The translations under genes and the position numbers were made by a program. Below, in pieces: positions 24,200 to 36,808 of a DNA stretch of 64,000 nt. A model generated the notes under the pieces. The model was not told the origin of the DNA and made no database searches. It worked only from the letters and a program-made list of their open reading frames with translations. Each line of letters starts with the position of its first letter. The first letter of the stretch is position 1. The stretch comes from Eukaryota sp. TZLM1-RC (Eukaryota; Protista; Metamonada: BaSk clade). The stretch spans positions 62,001 through 126,000 of the forward strand of contig JAUPSS010000001.1 of the NCBI GenBank assembly GCA_040285825.1. Reading direction: 5' to 3'.

Positions 24200-25058
24200 C
24201 TAATTATTATGTGAGGACTGATGCTGTATGTCTCTCCTTAAACCTAACATAAAACTGAGGAACAGAAGGGATAACCTGGGAAGATTAGTTTTGGAAAGCC
24301 AGTCAAAGCTGAAAACAATGCATGAATTAATGGCTGGGAAACGAAAATCACAATTGTCCAAATCTTTGATAACAGGATAACTGAATCTCCTTCTCCGCCA
24401 ACAGTTTCACGATTAGAATGGTATGAATGGTGTCATCAAGAAAACAAAGGAAGAAATAGAAATTTTTGAAAGAATTAAAATAACAAAAACATTCCATACC
24501 TTACTCCAAATGAAAGTAAGTAAGCAAACCAAAAAAAATTTTCATTTAAGAGACTTATTGCTCCTCAAAAAAGAAGAGAAACTCTGAACAAAGACCATCA
24601 AAAATTTCCAAAAGAATTCTAAAGAAATAAGAAAACATTGATTTATCACAACAAAACAATAAGAAAGGGAATGTGAAAAATAGTTAAAACAATGAAAGAG
24701 TGTACACTGGAGAAGTGTATACTCTTGTGAAACCACTCCTTCATGAAAAATTCCTAAATTACTACAAGGCGAAAAACAACTTTTCTTCAACAAAGAATTA
24801 AGATTAATGACCACAGAGAGATTTGAAGTAAAATGGATGAATGAATCTGAAAATAGAGTTGAACGTCCAGAAGATAATATTGTAGTGATGGGTAATTGAA
24901 AGCAGACAAATTTTAAGCCAAGGCCGTACAGGAGAGCAAAAACCCCAATAGTCCTTAGACACGGATAACTCCTTTGCTAAAAGTGGGGACGTCTATGAAA
25001 TCGTAATGTCAAGGCTGTTCTTAATATGATTCATATAGAAGGATATGTCAACGAAAAT
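24200..25058 (+). pseudogene. Fanzor relic F2, heavily decayed
   Basis: YYVRTDAVCLS, EKFLNYYKAKN, ERFEVKWMN..PEDNIVVMGN*, KWGRL*NRNVKAVLNM; collinear with F5. Confidence 0.65.
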
Positions 25059-27358
25059 CAATGTTAGAACGTTCGCAACCCTTCCGAACGTACGGCCGAA
25101 CTAGTTTTTGTTCATTTACACGTGTCGACACAGTTTTGTTTAACAATGTTTTCCCAAATCCCTATTTCAACTACTACAATAGATTTCACTGTTTAAACAT
25201 CTGTATTCATAGATAAATCCCCTTCTTTACATCAACTTTCTTCAATGCCAAAGCACCCTGTTTACAAACTTCTAGACAGCGTTACTTACGATAAAGTGTC
25301 CAAAAAAATTACTTCACAGTGCCGCTGCTGCAGTAAAATGCTAAAAGGTTCAGCCCGTCGCTTTTCCTCCCATTTCATTAAGAAGTATAGAGCTGGATAT
25401 GCCTTATGTCCTCAATTATCCACCATTTCTGTCAAGGATATAAACACTGTCCGTGTTCATGAAGGATATGATGCTCTTCCTGTTCCCGCAACTGAATCAC
25501 TTGAAAGTCCTGTTCATCTTCTCAAACAACCGCGAATTATTGATGCAATAAAGGACTGCGAAACAAAAGATTTCAAACAAAATGCAGACGAACTTCTCAC
25601 TAAATGGATATGTGCCTCTGGAGTTTCATTCAATTCTGTTATGCTTCCTGAATTTAAGCAGTTTGCTGACTTTATATCCTCGTTTCACTACCTTATTCCT
25701 TCTGACACTTATTTAAAAAATAAAGTAGTTCCAGATATCAAAAACAAGAACAAGAATTATCTGGTTTTTTATCGTCTCTGACGAATGCAGGCTGTACACT
25801 TGTTTTTGATGGTTGGAAGGATGTCAATGGTTCATCTCTATTAAAAATTCTTTTGGTAAGCAACACTTTCTCTTTCTTTGTAAAATCAATAAACATATCC
25901 GATGAAAAAAAGTCCGGTTATACACTTTATTTAAAATTGAAAGAAGTTGTTGATTATGTTGGCTCAAATTTAATTACTCATATTGTGTCAGACAGTGCCA
26001 CCAATTGCCTTTCCGCTTGCTCACTCCTTATCGCCGATTATCCTCATATTATATTTTCTCCTTGTGCCTCTCATACTTTGGATCTCCTTATTGAGGACAT
26101 GTGCAAACTGCCTAGTTTCAACAAAATCATTAGCGATTGCAAAATGGCAGTAGATTTTATCCGCAATCATACCATTATCAAAACCAAGTTGGAAAAAGTA
26201 GCTGGTAAAACACTGATGCGACCTGCTGCTACACGATTTTACACACAATTTCTCATGCTCAGTCGTCTTCAAGACTTAGAACCCAGTGTCTAATCGTTAA
26301 TCAGCTCGCCTACCATCGAACGGCTTGTTAGAGATGTAGGCGAGCCTCTCATGTCATCATTTAGGAAGGTAAAACTCCAGGTACAACTCTGGCAGTTGTT
26401 CTCCTCACTTATAACCTACTTGAAGCCATTAGTTGGTCTGTTGAAACTCACAGACTCCATTGAGCCTTATTTCTCAAAGATGTACGTAAAATGTCGACAA
26501 TTACAAGAATACGACTATCTGAACTCATGGGAAGGAATGACCGACTTTGAAAAATACTCTGTCAATGGTAGTATAAATAACCGAATTTTTTTGAAGCTAT
26601 CAACTCCAATTTATCTTGCTGCTTACTATTTCGATCCATAATACGCTTCAAAATTTGAAGAAAGCACTGACGCAGAAATTAACTCTTTCCGAAAAGCGCT
26701 GAGTTTGTGATGAAAACGACTCCCTAGAAGTTTTTCGAGAATGGCAGATGTTTTATACTAAGCAAGACCATTACTCTCAACCAGAAGCATGGAAGCATGC
26801 TCCAGAATTGTCGCCTAGAGAATGGTGGTTGATGTATGGCAGTCGAGATGGTAAACTGAGAAGTATTGCACTGAGAATACTTTCACAGAGTGTATCAACT
26901 GGCAGTGCTGAGAGAAATTGATCAGCATATGGATTTATGAAGAACAAGAGAAGAAACCGTCTCAGTGACAGACTAGCGAACGATATTGTGTTTATTTTCT
27001 CAAACATGAAGCTGAAAAAGACACTGGAGAACAAGAAGGAAAGCTATTTGAAATGGGAGACAGATCCAGTGGAAGCAGACTGGGTTCTAGAAAGTGGGTC
27101 CGACTCAGAAGGCGAGGATCCTTGTCTTGCAGACCACTTAAAGAGAGTATTTGGTCAGGTTAATGACCTAGATTTAGATGTTGTAGAACTTTCTGAATAA
27201 AAGTTTAGTTTGTTGGTTGATTGTGAGTGTAATAGCATAACGAAGGAGGAGATAAACAGCGTATTGATATTAATGAATCAAAACGAGATGCCGAACTAAC
27301 CGAACGTATCAGTAGGTGCCGAACGTTCGGCCGAACTAGTTCAGTAATTCTAACATTG
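25059..27358 (+). mobile_element. hAT DNA transposon with both ends intact, transposase disrupted
   Basis: 11-bp TIR CAATGTTAGAA/TTCTAACATTG; 8-bp TSD ACGAAAAT (25051)/ACGGAAAT (27359); subterminal CCGAAC repeats; BED finger, DGW, SDSATN, PCASHTLDL, TRF, AERN* motifs over 25245-27200. Confidence 0.95.
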
Positions 27359-27399
27359 ACGGAAATGTAAGATTTGAATTGGTTATCTTGATTTCATCC

Positions 27400-27456
27400 T
27401 CCAGTAATCTCAACGGGTTACTACTATTTGACATTAGTGTGCTATAAGCCGATGTC
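27400..27456 (+). promoter_or_regulatory. 57-nt element ending in the REI1 start codon; contains a candidate 34-nt intron 27404-27437
   Basis: 52/57 identical to 5828-5884; GTAATC...TTTGAC-AT-TAG fits this genome's intron geometry. Confidence 0.7.
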
Positions 27457-28480
27457 TTACACTTGTGTTGCATGTTCTCTAGTCTTTGATGATCAGTATG
27501 CTCATAAGGAGCACTACAGTAGTGATTTTCACATCCATAATCTTAAGCTTAAGTGTAGTGGTGAACAACCTGTGTCTTTAGAATTCTTTGAATCTTTAAC
27601 TCCTCAGCAGTCAGAGGCCACCCCTAAAAAACGAACTCGTGTAGAATGTTCAATCTGCCACAAGACATTCTCCTCTCTCAAATCTTATAACCAACATTGT
27701 CAGTCTAGGAAGCATATTGACAGGCTAGCCGTTGTCGAAGGCAAAGTGCATGATGGCATGGGAACGGCTGTAGAGCCAGTCCCCATGGTAATTGATAACT
27801 TTGAAATCTTGGAGGTCACGGATTGCCTGTTCTGTGTTCACTCTTCAGACTCTATTAGTGAAAACTTGCACCATATGAAGACTCACCATTCATTTTTCAT
27901 TCCCGATGTATCCCATATCACTGACCTCGAAGGCTTTCTGGAATACCTCACTGTTATTGTTGGTATTGATTTAACTTGTATTTGGTGCTTAAATAAGGGA
28001 AGGAGTTCCTTTTCTTGTTTGAGTGATTTGCAGACTCATATGAGAGATTGTGGCCATTCTAAAATTAATTTCTCTGTATTTGGAGATGCTCTAGCCCCCT
28101 TTTATGACTATGAATCTGATAATATTGATAACAAATCTCTTCACCATGGTCGTTTAGTTGTTGATGTTGTTGAAGACTCAGTCGGTCGAGCTTTGGTTCT
28201 TTCTGATGGAACAAGGGTTTATGGAAGGGGTTGTTTGTTGTCTCATTTCCATTCCAGGGCACTTGCTGCTGCTAATGAACCTGTAAGGTATTCGTCCAAG
28301 CTATTGAACGAGGGTCATGGGGAGACAGTATTATCTACATTTAATTCATATGCACAGAATGGTCTTGAAATGTCAACCAAGTTTAGACAGCGGGCATTGT
28401 TTTTGAGGGATCAAAAAAGGAAGGAACTTGATGTTGGTGTCAAACAGAACAAGCTTAATACATGGAAGCCAATTATTTAG
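27452..28480 (+). CDS. REI1: 60S maturation zinc-finger protein Rei1/ZNF622
   Basis: YTCVAC..HYSSDFHIHNLK, CSICHKTF..H..SRKH, CLFC..HMKTHHSFFIPD, CIWC..HMRDCGH, GVKQNKL. Confidence 0.92.
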   Translation: MSYTCVACSLVFDDQYAHKEHYSSDFHIHNLKLKCSGEQPVSLEFFESLTPQQSEATPKKRTRVECSICHKTFSSLKSYNQHCQSRKHIDRLAVVEGKVHDGMGTAVEPVPMVIDNFEILEVTDCLFCVHSSDSISENLHHMKTHHSFFIPDVSHITDLEGFLEYLTVIVGIDLTCIWCLNKGRSSFSCLSDLQTHMRDCGHSKINFSVFGDALAPFYDYESDNIDNKSLHHGRLVVDVVEDSVGRALVLSDGTRVYGRGCLLSHFHSRALAAANEPVRYSSKLLNEGHGETVLSTFNSYAQNGLEMSTKFRQRALFLRDQKRKELDVGVKQNKLNTWKPII

Positions 28481-28621
28481 TTTAGTTTAATTGATTAGTT
28501 TGTGTTTATAAATTTTTCATGGTTTTTTTCATTATTCTGATTTTATCACCTTTAATTAATTAAAAATCAACACCAAAGATAAACATTTATACAATAAACA
28601 CATAAATACAGATAAAAGAAT

Positions 28622-30012
28622 CTAAACACAGCCTTGTTTTTGCATGGCTGCGGCAACTCTGAGGAAACCTCCACAGTTGGCTCCAAGCATGTAGTTATGA
28701 GGTTTGCCAAGATCTTCAGCAGTATCACGAGCAACTTGGAAAACAGACTTCATAATGTCCTTCAACTTGTTATCAACTTCTTCACGAGACCAACGGAGAC
28801 GCATAGAGTTTTGGGTCATTTCCAAACCTGAAACAGCAACACCACCACTGTTGGCTGCCTTACCGGGACCGTAAAGGAAAGGAATTCCGTTAGGACCATT
28901 GGAAGCCATATATTTGTGGATAGCAGCAGGAACTGAAGGCATGTTAGCACCCTCAGCAACAAGGAAACATCCATTCTTGATCAAAGTTTCAGCATCTTCA
29001 CCAGAAATTTCGTTTTTGGGTGGCACAGGGGAAAGCTAATTCACAGACTACTTCCCAAGGACGCTTTCCGGCAACATACTTTGCACTGGGAGAAAGCTTG
29101 GGGTATTCGGATAAACGTTGTCTGTCCACATTCTTGAGCTTCATGATAATAGCAAGCTTTTCACGAGTAATACCTTCAGGTTCATAAATGTAACCACTGG
29201 AGTCCGACATGGTGAGGGGAACAGCACCCATATCAAGAAGCTTTTCACAAGCAAATTGAGCAACATTTCCAGCACCAGAGACACAACATCTCTTGCCCTT
29301 AATGTCCAAGCCGTGCTCTTGGAGCATTTCATTGGCAAAGTAAATAGTTCCATAACCAGTAGCTTCGGGACGGATGAGAGAGCCACCATATTCGTATCCT
29401 TTACCAGTGAGAATACCTTCCCATGCATTTCTGATACGCTTGTATTGCCCAAACATATAACCAACCTCACGTTTTCCTACACCAATATCACCAGCAGGAA
29501 CATCAGTATTGGGACCAAGATAACGTTGCAATTCAGTCATAAAAGATTGGCAGAAGAGTTCAATTTCCATTTCGGTCTTGCCTTTAGGATCAAAATCAGC
29601 ACCACCTTTACCAGCACCAAGAGGAAGACCTGTCAAAGCATTCTTGAAAATTTGTTCAAAACCAAGGAATTTAATGACAGAAAGATTTACAGATGGATGG
29701 AAGCGACAACCTCCCTTATAAGGGCCAAGGGCAGAGTTGTATTGAACACGAATACCTCTGTTGACACGGCTGTTGCCTTGGGCATCAAGCCAAGGAACAC
29801 GGAAGATAATCATACGTTCGGGTTCAACGAGTCTTTCCAACACAGGTAAGTATTCAGGATACTTTTCAAGGACCGGAGCAAGGGTAGAAAGTACTTCTTC
29901 CACAGCTTGAAGGAACTGCGGTGAGCTAATGGATCGATTAAAAACAAACTTCAGGCTGTGCGGGATCGCGTTGCTTTACACGTTCAAATAGTTGGTCAAG
30001 TTGCTGTTGCAT
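28622..30012 (-). CDS. gdhA: NADP-specific glutamate dehydrogenase, copy 1 (intron 29916-29949; +1 frameshift near 29015)
   Basis: Inverted near-identical copy of 40659-42048; T5 versus T4 run splits the ORF (real lesion or sequencing error). Confidence 0.9.
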
Positions 30013-30233
30013 GGTGGCGGAAAATGATGAGATTCCGATCGATTTACCAAATTAAAACGAAGTCTTTGGAGGTCATAATCTTTTTGACCAGAAAAACAAC
30101 TTTGATGTAAGTGAACATCATGGCAAATGAATAACTTACTTCTATCCTTTAGTAGTGAGTAGTGATCGCCTTGTATGTTTAAGGGCTGATTATTGCAGGA
30201 TATTCATTTGATAACTAATTACTGTTTCATTTA

Positions 30234-30812
30234 TCACATACAGACACAGATCTCACTTGACACTGGTTTCCCAGAGGGGTATTTTTCCTTTATAATTTCC
30301 AGTATAACATTCATTACCGTGTTTAATCCATTGCCAGAATTTTCACCTTCCAGACAACAGCATCCAACATAAAAAAGTGAATTTTGTCGACAAAACTTTC
30401 CAAAGGTACGCTCCATCTGTGTTTCATCAGTTGTTTCCATCAAGATGTCCAAGTGAGTACCAACTACAAGAATTGTACTGGCTTTTTCAGCGAGGACTTT
30501 CCATTTCAAGATGTGCCTCTGCCAATCATTCGCAGCTGAGTTAAACAGGATGATTGCTACGTCCATATTTTTGAGCAGATTCTCTGGGAAGTTACGTAAG
30601 TCAAATTCTGAGGTGGGATCTTCTGATGTTGAAATCAATGGAATGTCCCACATTTGTATTCGATAAGCATTCTCGACGTTTAATTCACAATATGGTTGTG
30701 GAATTCCTGTACCAGCTGAAGCGACTGATTGATTGTAGCATGTTTTGTGAAGAAAAGAGCTTTTACCTGCGTTCTTGCTGCCCAGTAACACTGTCTTCAG
30801 CGATTTCGGCAT
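30234..30812 (-). CDS. Atypical Ras-superfamily small GTPase with CaaX
   Basis: G1 LLGSKNAGKSS, G3 WDIP, G4 GTHLD, C-terminal CVCM. Confidence 0.75.
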   Translation of the reverse strand: MPKSLKTVLLGSKNAGKSSFLHKTCYNQSVASAGTGIPQPYCELNVENAYRIQMWDIPLISTSEDPTSEFDLRNFPENLLKNMDVAIILFNSAANDWQRHILKWKVLAEKASTILVVGTHLDILMETTDETQMERTFGKFCRQNSLFYVGCCCLEGENSGNGLNTVMNVILEIIKEKYPSGKPVSSEICVCM

Positions 30813-31169
30813 CAGGTTGTGATATTGATCTATCACTGTTTATCAGTACTTCTCTGATATCCTTCACTCTCAGATATCAAACACCAATCTTTTAGTTGCA
30901 TACATTGGCAAATTGTATATAGCAATTGTTTCTCGAATTTCTCTTTTTCAATCCACTATAACGTTGCAAGTTTTAAGTTCCTGCATCATTTCAACAACTA
31001 CATCACTCCTAAAATGAGTACTCTGCAATACCATCAACATTACACAACATTACACAACATCACCTTAAACTACCTTTTACTGTTTGAAATTCAGATGAAG
31101 AGGAGTAAATTGGCTGGAAAACAGAATCATGAAGCTGAATCTATTCAAAATGTTTTTTTGTACTATTAA

Positions 31170-32629
31170 TATAATTAATGACCTATATATCAACATCTAA
31201 ATAATCCATCTCTCCCAAAACAAAAACACTAGATGCAACTCTCTCATAGTGAGATCCAAGAGAAAGCAAAGCATCAGAAACCATCTTCAACATTCCCTTA
31301 AAAATGGAAAACACAATTCCATTTTCCCAAAACAATCTGTTGAAATTTCTCTTAGTTCTTCTCTTTACAATCATTTCAAAATCTGCCAAAAAACGTATAG
31401 CCGTTGGAGCAAGTGAACCAAATAGAGAAAACACAAACGGATACAAATTGTATTTTGCATGCTGTCGGCTGGACAATTTGGACAACGGTTCATTGTATAT
31501 TTTGATTTTGAAATTTTCAGCATTTGAAGGAGGATTATGATCTTCAGAATTAGCAAGCCTTTCATTTGGGACATCATAGGGATAAACAGACATTACATCC
31601 AATAAAATGAAGGTTCCATCTAATCCAGGTAATCTGACATCTCCTCTATTATTCTTTTGAAAATCATCTTCAGTATGAAATAAATTTGACAACAGAGGTT
31701 CCAAAAAGGATTCAATTCTATGAGACTTGCACATAAAATATAGTTGGTTTCTTACAGCATCGTGAACCTTGCTTCTAAGAGTAATAAAATGTTTACAATT
31801 TAACAAATGAGTAAATGTATTTTTTACGAGAACATTTATAAATTAAATTATGAGGTAAATAATCAGGCCAGAAAAAGGAACGAAATCTCATAGTCAAAGT
31901 CCAAGCAGAATCAGTTAAGAGAGTACCATAAACTTGAAAATTTTCTGTTACTAGGGCAGAAGATGTACTGTCACACACATCTTGTAAAAGATTGGCAAAA
32001 GCGGGATTCCTTTTTTGGCCAAGTCAAGTCTAACATCAAAATTTAAGCTTTCAAAAATCTTTGACAATTTTCGTTGAAGCGTTTTGCAGCAAAACTGTAA
32101 ATTTAAAAGAGATCGGTTTGGAATTTCCTGAATTCATTGAGGAAAACATTTGGTTCACATTTGTGGAGGCAATCTGTCATGTTCACAAGATAACTCATTC
32201 AAATATGGACTGCAACTAAGAACTAACAAATGAGAATCTTCAGGAAATCTACGAGAAAATTCATAAATAAAAATTCTTGCATCCATCCAAAAATGCTGAT
32301 TGACACAAAATAGAAAATTTTGTAAATCCAATACCACCCAAATTTGTTGAAGAAAATAAGTGATTTTTCAACATTCGTGGTTCTACATCCAATAAAGTGT
32401 CAAAAAAAAGAATTCTGTTCTCAATGAATGAAAGGAACCACAAAAATCTAATGCAATAAAAGAAGCCCAAGATCTGAAAATGTGGGTTATTCTCCTAGTA
32501 CAGCAAATTTTAAGCATAAAAACTTAATATGTTTTTGTAAATCTAAGGAAGAAATTGAATCAAGTTCAAATTTCATGTTTTCCAAAATACTTTGTAATTC
32601 ATTTTGAATTTAAAATCTTGAAAACAAAA
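31170..32629 (-). mobile_element. CRE-like retrotransposon 3' half (family C)
   Basis: HDAVRN, RGDVRL..LDV RLE region, LGGIGF; homologous to 43530-44452. Confidence 0.9.
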
Positions 32630-35034
32630 AAATATTTATTGAATTTGCACACTTAATTAAATTAACTCATAACAAATGGGACGACTATCATTGAACCAAG
32701 ATTTCATCTACAAAATCTTGATCTGCTTGCTGTCTAGTTAAAGCTTCTCCAATTCGATTGAAAAACCGAGGTAATCTATTAAAAATGGCAAATTGAATCC
32801 GTGAACGCCATAAAAAAATATCAAATCTTTTCATTGTTTTTTCTTGAACCATTTTTTGGAAGTCATTCAAAAAGTTTCTGCTTCATCTGATAATCTTCCA
32901 TGCATCGAAAATGGGAAAGCAATAAAAACCAGCTGTGTATTTCTATCAGCATTAGCCTCTTCAATATCTTTATCATATTGCATATGTTTTTCTTTTGCTT
33001 TAAAATCGAGAGCACTCACAGGATTAAGTTTTCTTCTGTGAACCTAAATATCTATTGCAATATTACATGAGACAAAGTCAACAATAGCTTCAGTATTATC
33101 AATTCAATCACAGTATACATCACCTCTATCATCGGAACTAAAATTATTCAGAGAAAGTGTTTCCTTCAGCAGAGGCTCTTTGGTTCACGATATTCTTGCA
33201 GTTTGTGCCATATTGAAAACAGTGTCTCTAAGAGCATCATGTAATGAAGAACGATAAGTTATCAATTTAGAGCAATTTAGAGCATGGCGCAAAGTGAGTT
33301 GAGGTGAATTCGAACAAATACATTTATCTTTTGATAATAATTGATCAATGGGGATGTTCAAATATAATCTCATTTTTGTTACAAATGTTTCATTAGTGGC
33401 ACACAACCCAAATCTTCGTGGTACAATAGTTACAAAAAGTTAAGAATCTGACGACTTGTTTTCACAAACACCCTTTTCCAATAACAATGAGTGAAGATCA
33501 TGATTTAAAACAGCCGAGCTGCATATATTATTATAAAGATCTTTTTCATACATTCCAGTCAATCGTTTCTGTAATGTTCGAAGAGTGTACTTCAAATTGA
33601 AAACATTTTTTTCTGGAATATTGCCATTGAATGATTGGGGAAAACATCAACACCATTTTTCTACATCAATTCTTGAAATTTCTTCATTTAATGCAAAAAC
33701 AGTGGAACTTTGCGTTGTCATCAATAAATCTTCCCAATCTGTAAATTTTTCGGAAAACTCAAAGATTGCATTTCTGCATCCACCAACAAAAGCACACGAG
33801 GTAAGAATAGAAGCCTTCGTCCACCCTAAACCACCATGATGTGGACTAAGGTAAGCATGATCTGGAATTTGAAACAATTTACATCCCAGTAATTGAGACA
33901 GAACTTTTGCACTTAACTCATTAAACTTTTGAGCCAAAGGACTAGTGACGAGAGGATTTGTAGATCGAAATATAAGATTGAAGTTGGAACTAAAACACAG
34001 TCTTATAATGGTAAATTTGATGTGTTTTTGTATATCTAAATTCATCATTTGGTCAATTTTGTCGGAAATTGAGTTCAACTTTTCAAACAATTTGTTGGTA
34101 ATTTCATCATTATTTCCTAAAAACGAACCCAAATGACGAATATCATCAATTGAATATAATTTGGCTTGAATTTCAATACCATCAACTATTGTGGAAACTG
34201 GAGAATTCGATAACAAAACACATTTAAGTAAATAAAGTCGGAGACCAATTTTGGTAAATAATTCTTTAAAACATACAGTTGCTTGTTTTACAATATTTAA
34301 ATCACCAATAAGAACAACATCATCCATGTATGCAATCATTTTAGCGAAGAAAACATCTCTTGAATTTGCAATAAAATAGGATGAATGGCCAAACAAAACA
34401 AAAGAGGTCCTAACGGATCTCCTTGTTTTACACCACTTGATGAACTCAAGATGGAATTACCAAAATGTAGATTAGAATTTGTGCTCTATGTTGATTGGAA
34501 ATACAGCATTAATTCCGGCATATATTGCAATAAAGCACCATGGATACTGCAAAGACTGAGTGAATTGAATGCATTACTAAAATCCAATGACATACAAACG
34601 TTGAATTCATTTTTGCGAAATAAAACATCTGTAGCAAATATCACTGAAGAGACTCCATCAGTGGTATTAATTCCATATTGAAAGGGTAATAAAATCTTTT
34701 TTGCTTTTTCATTGAACCTGCTTAAACAACAGGCAGAAAAAATATTTTGTAAGCTCTCAGTATCTGCAATAGGACGAACCTCCATTTTTGAATTTTTGAT
34801 AAGTGCAGTCAAACGAGAACTTCTTAATTCTTCTGGATATTTGAGTTGACCAGTCAATACTCTGTTGAAAAATTTGGTTAATAAAACAAGACAATCCTCT
34901 GAAGACATAATTGCGGCTTTTACATGATCAATAGAAATACCAGAAAGTCCGGCAGACTTAGCGCGTGTTCTGATTTTTATTCCCAAAAATACTTCTGATG
35001 CCACCAATGGATAATTTTCCCAGTAAGTTCCGTA
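32630..35034 (-). mobile_element. CRE-like retrotransposon (family A), 5'-truncated, nested
   Basis: RT: VRPIA, LDFSNAFN, GVKQGDPLGP, AYMDD; TSD AAAAT(C/T)TTGAAAACAAAA at 32612-32629 and 35035-35052. Confidence 0.92.
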
Positions 35035-35052
35035 AAAATTTTGAAAACAAAA

Positions 35053-36750
35053 TTCAAGATTTTCAACAAAATTTGAATCTAAAAAAAGACGATGTCAAAC
35101 TAGTCCCATGCCATGGACTGCTACATTGTCAAAACAGTGAATGTGGCGTTTATTGGGATAGGGATGTTAACAGTGCTCTGAACATGTCCAGGAAATCTCT
35201 TAAACTTTTCTTCCTCAGAATTTGGTATTCAGGAAAATTTACTCATATTTTACGATCAACATCACCATCTATTTCTCTCAAATTTTGCAGAATTTTTAAT
35301 GAATTTAGAACAAAATTTTTGGCTAATTTGCTCGATATTGATTCTTCTTTTTTACGTAGTCATATTTTTGGTAGCACAGAATTGGGAGGCCTGGATTTTC
35401 ACAAATCAAGATATTTGTGTAAAGCCGCATTCATCGGTGGAGGAAAAAATTTTGTTTTTGAATTTTTGAAACGTTTTCCTGAAAACCAGCATTTAATAGA
35501 ATGTTGTGTTAGTGACTATTTAGTGTTCTTGCAGAGTGAGATTGAATGCATCTCTCCTCACATATGTTCCAAATGCTTCCCTGCTGATATTCAAGAAAAT
35601 CCTCCCAGAAGTTTGATTTCCTTGAAATTTGCATATGCTAAATTGCAAAAAAAGATATTAAAAGTTTTTGAAAACTTGAATTTCACTATTCGTTTTAGCT
35701 TGGCTAAAGAAAGGAATCCCGTTTTTGCAAACTTTTTAATTGACCTCAAGGATAGTAGCTCAAGTTGTCTTATTTCCCAGATTCCAAATGTATATGGTCT
35801 ATTATTAAATGATCATCAATGGACAACTGCCTTCAGGATGAGGTTTTTTCTGTGGCCATGTAGTGTGCCAAATGATTTGATTTGTTGCTGTGGTCAGCTC
35901 ATTAATCTGAATCATTTATTTAATTGCAAATTTAATGTTACATATCGCTCAGTTGTTCACGATGCTGTTAGAGACCAACTATACGCTATGTGCAAAAGTC
36001 ATCACATTGAAGCTTTTGTTGAACCACTTGTGCGAAGGTTGTCATCTGAAAATGAAGATGAAATTACTTTTGGGAAACGCCGTGCTGATTTAATTACCCC
36101 TGCGTGTGATGGTGTTATTAAAGTTGTTGATGTTGTCACTGTTGATGTTTGTAAAGACTCAGCAATTGACTTTGCTAAAAGAGATGAAACTGCACTTTGC
36201 TTTGCTGAAAAGAGCAAAATCAAGAAGTACAAAGAACCCTTATCTCAGCTAGAACGTGTTGAGCATGTCAACTATCAGTTGGTTCCATTTGCTGTTTCTC
36301 TTTTTGGTAACATTGGAATATCTGGCATTAAATTTCTTGAAGGTTTCAGAAATTTAATAAAAGAAAGAGCAGGAAAAGAATTGAACTTCAATTTCTGGCA
36401 CAATAGAATTGTTTTCAGTATTCTTAAAGCAATTCCAGAAATGTTGACCAAAGCACTGTTACAATTAGGAATAGAGTATGAAAATCGTGCGCTTAAAAAA
36501 TTTGATGATGTTGATGCGTGTATTGAAGATATTGAGTTCTAGTTTTTTGTTTAATGTTTTGTTAGCGTTGAAAATCAATTTCATTTTATAAAAAAAATAC
36601 ATGTACAGGATTACGTACTCTCATATTCATAATAATTGTAGACCAATGGTAATGCAACGCTCAGGGAGTGTGATTGTGGGAAAGAAAGTTTAAAGTATTA
36701 GATTCCAGTTTTTTTAAAAAAAAAACAGTATTAGATTTAAGATTTGTTAG
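35053..36750 (+). pseudogene. Fanzor 3' relic F3a, split by a retrotransposon
   Basis: CHGLLHCQNSECGVYWDRDVNSALNM (35085-35190), resuming at 36599; uninterrupted twin at 45870-46120. Confidence 0.85.
35194..36598 (+). mobile_element. CRE-like retrotransposon (family B), 5'-truncated, RLE reading frame intact
   Basis: CCCG..HLFNC, HDAVRD, RRADL..DV..AEKSK; A-rich tail; TSD ACATGT(C/A)CAGGA at 35182-35193 and 36599-36610. Confidence 0.92.
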
Positions 36751-36808
36751 TATAAATAGAAACATGCAATTCTTGAGTTGACAAACTTGACATTGCAATT
36801 TCTGTCTC

